This document shows positions 17,176 through 26,101 of a DNA stretch of 32,000 nt, one piece after another. Under the pieces are notes generated by a model that did no database searches, was not told the origin of the DNA, and was given only the letters and a program-made list of their open reading frames with translations. The position numbers were made by a program, and so were the translations under genes. This DNA comes from Desulfosarcina sp. BuS5 (GTDB lineage Bacteria; Desulfobacterota; Desulfobacteria; Desulfobacterales; BuS5), in assembly GCF_028752835.1 (NCBI RefSeq), contig NZ_CP087952.1, forward strand, positions 445,041-477,040, written 5' to 3'. How positions within the stretch are numbered: position 1 is the stretch's first letter; each line of letters starts with the position of its first letter.

Positions 17176-17940
17176 CTACTTTAATCCTTCGGCTATTTCT
17201 TCCTGGATTGTTTGAATGGTATAAACCGGATCGGAAGATGTGCTTATGGGCCGGCCAATAACAACATGATCGGCACCGTTAATAATAGCCTGTTTTGCTG
17301 TTGCTGTTCGTTTTTGATCGTTTTTTTCAACATCACGGTTCAGCCCCGGTCTGATGCCGGGAGTTACAATGAGGAATTTTGACCCGAATTCATTTCGGAG
17401 GGCAACGGCCTCCAGGGGAGATGAAACAATGCCGTCACAACCTGATTGTAATGCTTTTCTAGAACGAATTAATACTAAATCTTCAACACTTTTTGTAAAC
17501 CCCATTTCACGCATATCAGATTCATCAAAACTTGTAAGAACCGTAACAGCCAAAATTTTAAGGTCGTTTTTTTCTTTTACCGCAGCTTCAATTATCGGCT
17601 TATTGCCATGGATAGTTGCAAAAGCGGCCCCCCGGTCTTTCAGTTGCCGCACAGCAAGCTTTACGGTTTCCGGAATATCAAAAAATTTTAAATCGACCAT
17701 AACTTTATTGCCGCGATCAGCGATCTGATCAATAACCGGCCACCAGCCTGCCAGAAAAAGCTGCAGGCCGACTTTAAAAAATTTAATTTTGCGATCCAGT
17801 TTTGCAACCCATTGTAAAGCTTCTTTGGGGTCTGAAAAGTCCAGGGCAAAAATTATACGTTCATTTAAGGGGATATTTTTCACGGTATTTGTAATATTTT
17901 GTTTATAAAAAGTGAGCGGGTTTAAAAAATCGAATACCAA
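17176..17940 (-). CDS. pyrF: Orotidine 5'-phosphate decarboxylase
   Basis: Motifs IIFALDFSD, KVGLQLF, DLKFFDIPETV, ILAVTVLTS, VIGRPI. The start is uncertain: TTG at 17940 as listed, or GTG at 17883 giving (M)KNIPLNERIIFALD. Confidence 0.85.
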   Translation of the reverse strand: MVFDFLNPLTFYKQNITNTVKNIPLNERIIFALDFSDPKEALQWVAKLDRKIKFFKVGLQLFLAGWWPVIDQIADRGNKVMVDLKFFDIPETVKLAVRQLKDRGAAFATIHGNKPIIEAAVKEKNDLKILAVTVLTSFDESDMREMGFTKSVEDLVLIRSRKALQSGCDGIVSSPLEAVALRNEFGSKFLIVTPGIRPGLNRDVEKNDQKRTATAKQAIINGADHVVIGRPISTSSDPVYTIQTIQEEIAEGLK

Positions 17941-18010
17941 AGTCTATATTTTTTACTAAGTCCAATGAGACAAGTCAATATTTCTTGCGTTTTCGAACAG
18001 ATTGTTTTGC

Positions 18011-18259
18011 TTAATCCGTTTTTAATGAATCAATGAACTGATAAATATCTCCTAATGTACGAATCTGTCTGACCCTTTCATCATCGCGAATATTGACTCC
18101 GAATTTTTGCTGCAATGCAACCACAAGATCTACAATATCGAGACTATCGAGTCCCAAATCCTCAAAAATATTCATTTCCGGCTTTAATCGATCCGGTTCT
18201 ATTTCAAACGATTCTTCAAAAACCTGGTTGGTTAAATTGATTATATTGTTATTGGTCAT
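18011..18259 (-). CDS. Acyl carrier protein (ACP 3)
   Basis: 82 aa with LGLDSLDIVDLVVALQQKFG. The ATG at 18259 overlaps the upstream KS 3' end by 11 nt. Confidence 0.85.
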   Translation of the reverse strand: MTNNNIINLTNQVFEESFEIEPDRLKPEMNIFEDLGLDSLDIVDLVVALQQKFGVNIRDDERVRQIRTLGDIYQFIDSLKTD

Positions 18260-19490
18260 TTGAATATTTTCCGTTTCTTAATACCAGGACAGCGTTAATA
18301 CCGCCAAAGGCAAAACAATTTTTTGCCAAAATGCGAATATCTTTTTTAAATGGCTCCATTACGTGACAGATCCCCTGACATTCAGGGCTTACGGTTTCCA
18401 GATTAAGGGTCGGATAGATAACCCCTTCTTCCATCATGGAGATGGATGCTATCAACTCAAGCGCTCCGGAGGCGCCGAGGGTATGGCCGATATAACCCTT
18501 AAGGCTGCTCACAGGAACGGATCTGCCAAAAATTTCCCTTATGGCTGCAGCCTCCTCTTTGTCTCCATGTAAAGTAGCTGTTGCGTGGGCGTTTATATAA
18601 TCAATATCTCCAGGGGATATTCCGGCATCTGCCAGCGCTTCCGTCAGACATGCCTGCATAGATATCCTGTCCGACTGGCTGACATGGGACCCGTTTCCGC
18701 ATGTATGATATCCGATTATTTCCCCGTATATTTTCGCTCCCCGCTTTTCGGCATGTTCATATTCTTCCAAAATCACAATTCCGCTCCCGTCTCCGCAAAC
18801 AAGGCCGTCCCGCTTTTCATCAAAGGGTCTGGGAGTCGACTGGGGAGCGTCATTATAGCTAATCGATGTTGCAAAGAGTATGTCAAAAGATCCTGTAACC
18901 GTGGGATGAAGTTCTTCGGCCCCGCCGCACAGCGCCATATCCTGCCGCCCGAGCCTGATAAGGTCGTATCCTGTGCCGATGGCCTGCAATGATGAAGCGC
19001 AGGCAGCGGAGGTAGCCATAACACAACCTGTAACACCCAAATATTGAGCCACATTCATGGCCGCCGTATGTGAAACACACTGGAAGAATTTCATGGCTGT
19101 AAGCCGGGACAGGTCTTTATCGGGCAGCATTATTTCGAATGTTTCATTTAGACTCTCAGCTCCGCCCATGGTGGAACCGATAATACATGCGACCCTGCCG
19201 GTTGAGCATATTACGGTATCAAGGCCCGCATCCGCCAAAGCTTCCTGAGCCGCCTGGACCGCAAAAATACTCATTCTGCTCATGGATCTTCTGCTTTTAC
19301 GGGGGATTTTTTTTTCGCCGGTTAAAACAGAAGCGGCTCCGACCCTGCTGCGCAAACCAATATACTTATCCCAGCCAGCCATTTGCCGGACAGCGCTTTT
19401 GCCGGCCCTGATCCCTTTTATAAAGGAAGGAACGTCATGCCCAAGGGGTGAAACTGCCCCCAAACCTGAAATGACAACCCTGTTTATCAA
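18249..19490 (-). CDS. Beta-ketoacyl-ACP synthase II-like (FabF-like KS)
   Basis: Motifs ATSAACASSLQAIG (Cys), NAHATAT (His), GHTLGASG (His). The TTG start overlaps the upstream stop as TTGA at 19487-19490. Confidence 0.9.
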   Translation of the reverse strand: MINRVVISGLGAVSPLGHDVPSFIKGIRAGKSAVRQMAGWDKYIGLRSRVGAASVLTGEKKIPRKSRRSMSRMSIFAVQAAQEALADAGLDTVICSTGRVACIIGSTMGGAESLNETFEIMLPDKDLSRLTAMKFFQCVSHTAAMNVAQYLGVTGCVMATSAACASSLQAIGTGYDLIRLGRQDMALCGGAEELHPTVTGSFDILFATSISYNDAPQSTPRPFDEKRDGLVCGDGSGIVILEEYEHAEKRGAKIYGEIIGYHTCGNGSHVSQSDRISMQACLTEALADAGISPGDIDYINAHATATLHGDKEEAAAIREIFGRSVPVSSLKGYIGHTLGASGALELIASISMMEEGVIYPTLNLETVSPECQGICHVMEPFKKDIRILAKNCFAFGGINAVLVLRNGKYSNDQ

Positions 19491-21010
19491 CTGAGCCTCT
19501 TGTTTATAAAACTGTGAAAAGATTCTTTGCCTGTAATACTTCGGACTACGATAAATGAAGACATCATGGCCCCCATAATCCCCGGCAAGACGGAATTCTG
19601 ACCGGCGGCATAGATGTTTCTGAATGCTATTCTACCGAGAAGATTTATCTGGCCTGTTTTTTGTTTTATCCCGTATGCCGATCCGTGCGGTGAATTTAAA
19701 TAATCACGGCATGTCAGGATTGACGATGCATCAATTACCCTGTACGAGCTCCTGAATTCAGGATAAACTTTCAGGATACGCTCTTTGATACTCTCTGTTC
19801 TTTTATTCTTATACTCCCGGTAACCGGAAGGCCTGTTGCCGGGTTTTGAATTTTTCCAGGCGCTTACATGCTCCGGAAATGACACTTCAAAAGCATTCAG
19901 CAGTCTGCAGGATTTACCATGGGCTGTCTCCAGACTTTTCATGATAACCAGAGCAGGATCGCCGGTATATGCAGGATCTATCATCCTGTTTGCATCTGTT
20001 TCAGGAAAAAGAGATAGAATTGACGGGGCAAAATTGTCAGGGCGCTGATTTGCCGTGTCGTTATCCTCTAAAACACCGTACACTGAAAAAAAACCTGCCG
20101 ACGCTTCAAAGGAATTAACCCTGTTTGTAAAAGCTTTACTCAAATTTTGTTTCGGAAGTGTTTTTAATATCTCTTGGGGATGAATTGTAAAGATGCAGCA
20201 ATCGCTTGAGATTTCTTCTCCTGTATTTAAAATAAACCGGCCCGCATGCTTATTCTTTATATCGCCGCATTTAACAATATATTCGCCGCACCTGATATCA
20301 ATGTCAAATTCCGAGAATCGCTTCCTGAATGCCCCTATAAATGCGTCACCACCATCTTTTACTCTTGCAACGGATTCATAGAGACTGTAACTGACCCTGC
20401 TGTGATCTGCAAAGGAAAACTCGGAGGGCTTGACTCCGTAACACATGCTGTATGCGGAAAGAAGCCCCTTTAATAACGGATTATCCGTTAACCTGCATAA
20501 TACATTGTCGAGGCTTACATAATCTTCAGGAAGAAAACCCTGTGCAAGAGAAATCCGTCTAAGATTCATTGCAGAGGTTTTTAAACACACATTCCTGACC
20601 ATTTCAAAATAACGGTCAATTCCGGATTCCTCTTCAGGAAAATACCCCTTTATTTTTTCGATAATTTCCCGATAACCGGTCGGTATGCCGTAGGCCGCCT
20701 GTTCCGACTCAAAGAGGAATCTGTTATTTTGTTCCCCGGTGATAAAAACCGGTACAATTTCATTACTGATTCCCAGAACAGCCAGCATATCCTGGAGAAG
20801 TCCGTTTTTATCACCCGATTTATTAAGGCCACCGGTAAAATGGAAACCTGTATCAAAAGGGATACCATTTCTGTAAAATCTGGCCATTGATCCGCCTATA
20901 CGGGGATTTTTTTCAAGAAGAAGAACAGAGTACCGGTTCATAGCCAGCAGAAGCGCAAGGGTCATTCCGCTGATACCGCTTCCGACTACTATGTTGTCAT
21001 ATTTTTTCAT
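19487..21010 (-). CDS. FAD-dependent oxidoreductase of the phytoene desaturase (CrtI)-like family
   Basis: MKKYDNIVVGSGISGMTLALLLA...LLLEKNPRIGG is a dinucleotide-binding motif. I placed the start at ATG 21010, 2 nt downstream of the fabG-like stop, rather than at the listed 21079, which overlaps that gene. Confidence 0.75.
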   Translation of the reverse strand: MKKYDNIVVGSGISGMTLALLLAMNRYSVLLLEKNPRIGGSMARFYRNGIPFDTGFHFTGGLNKSGDKNGLLQDMLAVLGISNEIVPVFITGEQNNRFLFESEQAAYGIPTGYREIIEKIKGYFPEEESGIDRYFEMVRNVCLKTSAMNLRRISLAQGFLPEDYVSLDNVLCRLTDNPLLKGLLSAYSMCYGVKPSEFSFADHSRVSYSLYESVARVKDGGDAFIGAFRKRFSEFDIDIRCGEYIVKCGDIKNKHAGRFILNTGEEISSDCCIFTIHPQEILKTLPKQNLSKAFTNRVNSFEASAGFFSVYGVLEDNDTANQRPDNFAPSILSLFPETDANRMIDPAYTGDPALVIMKSLETAHGKSCRLLNAFEVSFPEHVSAWKNSKPGNRPSGYREYKNKRTESIKERILKVYPEFRSSYRVIDASSILTCRDYLNSPHGSAYGIKQKTGQINLLGRIAFRNIYAAGQNSVLPGIMGAMMSSFIVVRSITGKESFHSFINKRLS

Positions 21011-21012
21011 GT

Positions 21013-21747
21013 TCAACCGGCCATACCGCCATTTACGCCGATAACCTGACCATGTATATACATATTTTCTTCTTTGCACAGGAAATCGACTACAGACGCA
21101 ACATCCCCAGGATTACCAAAGCGGTTCAAGGGTATCAGGGGCAGGATTTGATCCTTCGGAAGTTTGGAGGTCATATCTGTTGCTATGATACCGGGAGCAA
21201 CAACATTAACAAGAATATTTCTTTTTCCCACCTCTCTTGCCAAGGCTTTGGCAGCTCCGATTAATCCCGCCTTTGAAGCAGAATAGTTCACCTGCCCGGC
21301 CTGGCCGGTCTGACCTGAAATCGAAGATATAATCACAATGCGTCCCTGTTTTTCTCTGAGCATGGGGAACATTACGGTATGCATGACATTATAAAACCCG
21401 TCCAGGTTGGTAGAGAGAACCGAGTCCCATTCATCTCTGGTCATCCATACAAATAGATTGTCCCTGGCTATACCGGCATTATATACAACCACTTGGGGTG
21501 GATCGGCATCCACTTTTGCGGCCAGCGCTGATTTGGTTGCCTGATAGTCTGATATGTCAAAACAGATAACTTCGCATTCCGCGCCTATTTTTTCGACTTC
21601 TGTTTTGACCTTTTGAGCGGCATCGTGATTGCTTTTGTAGGCCAGCCGGATGTTAAAGCCGGATTCCGCAAGGCGTAAAACTATCGCTCTTCCTATACCA
21701 CGGCTTCCGCCTGTCACCAATGCGGTTTTTTTGTTTTTAGTTTTCAT
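21013..21747 (-). CDS. fabG: 3-oxoacyl-ACP reductase-like SDR (FabG-like ketoreductase)
   Basis: TGGSRGIGRAI (cofactor motif), NAG, YSASKAG (YxxxK). I chose the start at 21747 (MKTKNKK) because AAGGTG lies 5 nt upstream. The listed 21777 start adds 10 unsupported residues. Confidence 0.85.
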   Translation of the reverse strand: MKTKNKKTALVTGGSRGIGRAIVLRLAESGFNIRLAYKSNHDAAQKVKTEVEKIGAECEVICFDISDYQATKSALAAKVDADPPQVVVYNAGIARDNLFVWMTRDEWDSVLSTNLDGFYNVMHTVMFPMLREKQGRIVIISSISGQTGQAGQVNYSASKAGLIGAAKALAREVGKRNILVNVVAPGIIATDMTSKLPKDQILPLIPLNRFGNPGDVASVVDFLCKEENMYIHGQVIGVNGGMAG

Positions 21748-22027
21748 TAACACCTTGAAATTGAAGTATTTTATCAAATGCTAACAGTGAAATAATAATT
21801 CAAAATCTATATTTATACCTTAACTACATGAAAAATCAAGCGGTTAAAATTTTTTACAGCAATTCTAATTTTAGAAATAACGGCCATCGGCAGTATTATT
21901 AAAAATTTATTTTTCAACGGGTTTAAGAAAGAGAAGAAGATTTTTTGTGGGTATGGTAAGTTTCTGGTTTACCGAGAACTACTTTTTTGACCTTTGGCCG
22001 ATACGCAGCATATTTGCCGCATTTTTT

Positions 22028-22043
22028 TGCATATACCAGGCCA
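22028..22043 (-). promoter_or_regulatory. Possible sigma-54 (-24/-12) promoter facing the fabG-like operon
   Basis: The minus strand reads TGGCCTG-GTAT-ATGCA against the consensus TGGCACG-N4-TTGCA, with correct GG/GC spacing. It lies about 280 nt upstream of the 21747 start. This is a single by-eye match only. Confidence 0.25.
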
Positions 22044-22096
22044 TTGATGCTCTGAAATCATCTTGTTTTAACCGAACTTACGAATTACAGTAACCA

Positions 22097-23159
22097 TTAA
22101 CTTGTATCCGGAACCTTCAGTTCGAGGCCATGGAGCATAAAAATTAACATCGCATCCCAGTTTTCGAAGTAAAGATAGCGAGTCAACGCGCGTATGTCAT
22201 CGAAAAAGGTTTTCCGTGTTGGAAGGTTGCGACGAATAAGTTCATATTTTTTATCCATCATTTCAAGAACGGTATGAAACAAGAAGGCCAAAAGATTCAG
22301 TGTCATCATAAGTTGAGATAAATACTTCTTTCCATGACCAAAGTTGTGTGCAAGATGATATCTTCTGTTTTTTAGTATGTTATTGTTTTCGTTTTCAATT
22401 TTCCAGCGAGCCCGACCATCTGCTACAATTTGCTTTACATTGTTCTTTGAGATTTTGAAATTGGTTGCAAAAGCGTTCTTATATATAAATAGTACCATCG
22501 GGCAGCGTTGTTGTAAGTTCACACCAATTGACCATCTGAGCATCTTTACCATCACGCAAAGGGACTTGATTTACAAAACGATAGGTATCGATATGATGGG
22601 TTTTGCCTGTCCACCTTTTTTTCACTACCGTTTCAACAGCTTGCAGGCCATCAAGTTCTTCAACCCATTGGTAAAGGGTTTTATGAGAATCGGGTTTGCA
22701 AACAAGAATGAAATCAAGCCCGTTCTGCAAAATCAATTTGCATAGCGATTGCTTACAATATAAATCATCGCCTAAGATGGTGATACCAAATGCCTTATAA
22801 AGCGGAACAAATTGGTTTAACCAGCGTTTAGCTGCCGCATTTTCACAGTCTTGTTTTTTATGTCCGTCCTGCGGGGTAATAAACTCAGGTGGTAAGGAGA
22901 TTACCTTGTTGCAACCCGGTTTGAGAAGCACCGGTGTGATGGCCGTGTGGGAATAGGTTGAGGAACCGTTTTTATGCTCTTTGGTGCTGCAGTTGTCACA
23001 GTGAATCGTTTTGGAACAAAAATATTGGGTACCATCCAATGCACACAGTAAATTGTTGTTGTATGAGCGAAAATCATCAAGGTAGTTGGCAGCTCCTAAT
23101 GCTTCAATAATAAAATTGAAGGCCGGAAATACTTTTTCCGGCGGCACCCAATCCAGCAT
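22097..23159 (-). pseudogene. Outer IS transposase, C-terminal about 75%, frameshifted near 22490-22500
   Basis: ...CELTTTLPDGTIYI* in one frame continues as ...VLFIYKNAFATNFKISKNNVKQIVADGRARWKIENE... in another. It carries a Cys/His cluster (HCDNCSTKEHKNG) and the RWKIENE DDE-region motif. There is no slippery heptamer at the shift. Confidence 0.7.
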
Positions 23160-23178
23160 ATCTCTTATATGATTATCA

Positions 23179-24729
23179 CTCGATGTTCAAGTTTTTGATG
23201 ACGAACTTGCCAAAAGCACTTAGCAAGGACAATATTTACGTGATAGAGAGGGTGTTGGCTCCAATCTACCTATGGTTCTTCCGCTCATATGTTTTCCCGA
23301 TGGCATAAGTCGGAAAACTTTTTTGATAACTTGCCCCATTTCTTTAAGCTTTTCACCGGGATCTTGTTGTTGCAGCAAAAATTTGACACATTCCATCAAA
23401 ACATCCATTTGAGCTCTTTTTTGTAGACTTCCCACGGTAAACACGGGAGTTTTGTTCTCTATGCAGGCCTTTTGCTCAGGGTGAAGGAGGAGGCAATGGT
23501 CTAGCAACAGACTCAAGATCAGGCCTCGGCTTGATCCTTCTTCGTCATATTGTTTGGCCTCTTGTCCCCATCCTTCATAAAGCTTCCAGTCTTCAAAAAA
23601 AACCTCTACAAGCCATCTCAAAGAATATGCTTGAATAATGTCAACTGTGCGCCAACTCACATCAGTGGCAGCTAAGTAACGGTATTCATCTTCCCCTTCA
23701 TATTTAAGAGCTATCACAAAAAGCACATTGCCATCGTGTGCATCAACCTTAAGGCGGGCACTGCTCACTGTTGCATTGACTTTTTCACCGCCTCGCACAC
23801 GAATGGTGCAATTTACACCTTTGTTAATCATGTTGAAATAATCCGTAATTGTCTTTTTTTTACCTTTGTACCGTATATTTTGATTTGACTTTAATTGGCT
23901 GATAACTTGCACTCCTCCCAAAATATTAGAGGCTCCATTCATAAATTCTTTTGAACCGTATAAAGCGTCAGCCAATACACATTTAACAGTAATTTTAGGA
24001 TAATATTCTTTAAAATTTTCAAGTAAGAGCAGGGCTAATTGAATTTTTTTCGGGTACTCAGGGTTAAATGCTGGTTTGACAGGACGCTTATTCTTCGGGA
24101 GTCCCTTTTTTTTCAATCTCTCTTCTTCTTTTTTCCAGGCACTAACAACTGGATCAGGCATGTAAAACTTAAAACCAATAGGTACGGTTATAGAGTCTGT
24201 GACCAAAAGAAGCAAAACAACTGTTTGCCCATTAACATAACCTCCGCTTGCTTTGTGTTTTTGCTTATGAGCCTTGTATATTCGCTTTGTATTCTTAGAA
24301 CGGGCACGATCAGACTCATCAAAAACAATTACACCATTTGTGATACCATATTTTTTCAAAATACGCCTGACGCTTCCAACAAGTAAATTGTCCCATGAAA
24401 TCTTACCCTTACGAAACATCCAAGATAGAGCTGCTAATTTATAATTGCCCAGACTCGCCCGTTCAAATTTTGCCCAACATACAGCATTTACCATTAATAT
24501 ACCGGTAAGACAAAAGCTTAGCCATGCTTTCTGGGTAAATGTTAATCCCGCACTAGGTTGGTATTGCTCCAGGCTATTGTTGAGATCTTCAATGTACTGT
24601 TTGATAAATGGTGCAGATTCAGTTAATAGCATTATGAATGGGCTCTTTCAAAGTTGTTAATATTTTTAATGGTCGTGATTATACTATCAAACTTTAAATT
24701 TAGCTAATCATAAAAACTTGATCATCGAG
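23179..24729 (-). mobile_element. Intact IS4-family insertion sequence (1551 bp) with terminal inverted repeats and a 5-bp target duplication
   Basis: IR at 23179-23196 is ctcgatgttcaagttttt. The reverse complement of 24712-24729 is ctcgatgatcaagttttt (17/18 match). TATCA occurs at 23174-23178 and 24730-24734. Confidence 0.85.
23220..24632 (-). CDS. IS4-family DDE transposase (470 aa, apparently intact)
   Basis: Candidate DDE residues lie in VIVFDESD and CVLADALYGS, and in the Y(2)R(3)E(6)K signature AYSLRWLVEVFFEDWK. Confidence 0.85.
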   Translation of the reverse strand: MLLTESAPFIKQYIEDLNNSLEQYQPSAGLTFTQKAWLSFCLTGILMVNAVCWAKFERASLGNYKLAALSWMFRKGKISWDNLLVGSVRRILKKYGITNGVIVFDESDRARSKNTKRIYKAHKQKHKASGGYVNGQTVVLLLLVTDSITVPIGFKFYMPDPVVSAWKKEEERLKKKGLPKNKRPVKPAFNPEYPKKIQLALLLLENFKEYYPKITVKCVLADALYGSKEFMNGASNILGGVQVISQLKSNQNIRYKGKKKTITDYFNMINKGVNCTIRVRGGEKVNATVSSARLKVDAHDGNVLFVIALKYEGEDEYRYLAATDVSWRTVDIIQAYSLRWLVEVFFEDWKLYEGWGQEAKQYDEEGSSRGLILSLLLDHCLLLHPEQKACIENKTPVFTVGSLQKRAQMDVLMECVKFLLQQQDPGEKLKEMGQVIKKVFRLMPSGKHMSGRTIGRLEPTPSLSRKYCPC

Positions 24730-25015
24730 TATCAGATGGAATATTTTGTATTCCAAACAAAGATTGAGCATTGTTGACACCCTTATTTTTCTGCATAAAT
24801 TTTTGAAAGGCAAGAAAAGAAGGAGATTGCGTAAAGAATACCGAAAAGCCGCTAAGGGCTATATCTTCAATGCTGTATTGTATGTTGCTACCGGTGCGCT
24901 TATCAGGAAAATTGTGGCTCTCAATACGAAACTGCCGCGCCATCATCTCAAAAGAGATATACGGCAGTTGCGTTGATGCGATTATTTTCGCTTCCTGATT
25001 TTGGGGCAAACGCAT
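24730..25015 (-). pseudogene. Outer IS transposase, N-terminal fragment cut by the nested IS
   Basis: MRLPQNQ...LFGIQNIPSD then runs into the inner IS terminus (TR*). Deleting 23179-24729 plus one TATCA copy restores ...IPSDNHIRDMLDWVPPEK... in frame. Confidence 0.8.
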
Positions 25016-25238
25016 ATGAGTCCAAGATAACCGATAATAGTTAATTGTTCTTACCCATTATTTGTTACCACAAGCATATGTGTTTGTCTATAGATTTTAT
25101 TTTTAATTAAAACAATGCGTTATTGGTTGTGATGGTTAGGGGGGATAAATATCCCAAATATCTTGCTCCAACTAAAGCCATAATTAGAATTGCTGCTGTG
25201 AAAGCTGCTTTTCGTTGGTTTCAAAATGGGTCATTGTT

Positions 25239-25988
25239 TTATCCCAATTTCCTTACGAGTTTTCCCATGCTGTCATAAACATATCCTGTGATGAGTGCCA
25301 CAAAATCTGTTTTGTCTTGATTCAAATTGCATTTTTCCAGGGCATTGTAATAAGCCAGTCGGCTTTCTGTGTCTCCGGAGATACTGGCAATGGTGTAGCC
25401 GTTTTGCAAAAGAACCAGATTCATCAAAAGCCTGGCTGTTCTGCCGTTTCCATCTATAAAAGGATGGATAGTTGCAATTCGCTCATGGATTTCAGCAGCA
25501 AAGATAACCGGATGTAAATTTTTAGCTTCTTCTTGAATCCAGAAATTCAGATCCTCCATCAGTTTCGGAACCTGCCAGGGCTGAGGAGGTTCATGCCGGC
25601 TTCCTGAAATTGACACGGGAACACCGCGATATTTTCCTGCATTTTCTCTATCAATACCTCGCAAAACAAGAGAGTGAATATCTTTGATTATCTTTTCATT
25701 TAAGATGTCGCCTGTCGTTACAAGCTCTTTTATGAAAGCAACAGCCTCGTAGTGGTTGACCGCTTCAAGATGTTCACGCATTGACTTTCCGCCGATGGTC
25801 AGCCCCTTATTAATGACAAGATCCGTTTCCCGTAAAGTCAGGGTATTACCTTCAATACGGTTACTATTATAAGTATATTCGATATCTATGGCTTGAAGTA
25901 TCGTCTCGTTAAGCAAAGGGCGGGAGGCATCAAGTTTTTGTTTTAGTGCGTCTATTCGGGTGAGCAGGTGTTTTATTCTGCTACTCAT
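25239..25988 (-). CDS. fic: Fic family protein (AMPylase-type) with an N-terminal inhibitory helix motif
   Basis: Fic motif HPFIDGNGRTARLL. The auto-inhibitory (S/T)xxxE(G/N) motif is SNRIEG, upstream of the core. A strong RBS (AGGAGAGG) precedes the ATG. Confidence 0.9.
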   Translation of the reverse strand: MSSRIKHLLTRIDALKQKLDASRPLLNETILQAIDIEYTYNSNRIEGNTLTLRETDLVINKGLTIGGKSMREHLEAVNHYEAVAFIKELVTTGDILNEKIIKDIHSLVLRGIDRENAGKYRGVPVSISGSRHEPPQPWQVPKLMEDLNFWIQEEAKNLHPVIFAAEIHERIATIHPFIDGNGRTARLLMNLVLLQNGYTIASISGDTESRLAYYNALEKCNLNQDKTDFVALITGYVYDSMGKLVRKLG

Positions 25989-26101
25989 ATATCCTCTCCT
26001 GTTTTTAGAAAGTTTATATCATTTTAATTATAGTAGTATTTTTCTAACTTCACCCTGTCCTATAAGTTCAGTAAACTTTGTATAATTTGATTCTTCCCAT
26101 C

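Larger units (their letters stand above)
22097..25015 (-). mobile_element. Outer, inactivated IS (IS4-superfamily / ISNCY-type DDE transposase gene), minimal extent; true ends not identified
   Basis: The transposase reading frame is split into three pieces: 24730-25015, 22479-23159 and 22097-22555. The splits come from a nested IS and a frameshift. Confidence 0.65.

Noticed and set aside
21011-21777. Longer listed starts for the CrtI-like gene (21079) and the FabG-like gene (21777)
   Set aside because: The 21079 start would overlap the fabG-like 3' end by 67 nt and adds residues ahead of the GxGxxG fold. The 21777 start lacks an RBS, whereas 21747 has AAGGTG. I preferred the internal starts.
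22085-25050. Candidate terminal inverted repeats of the outer IS (AGTTAATGGTT near 22086-22096 on the reverse strand, against AGTTAATTGTT near 25039-25049)
   Set aside because: The match is only about 11 nt with a mismatch. One copy overlaps the transposase stop codon, which leaves almost no non-coding ends. That is not enough to define boundaries, so the outer IS ends are left open.
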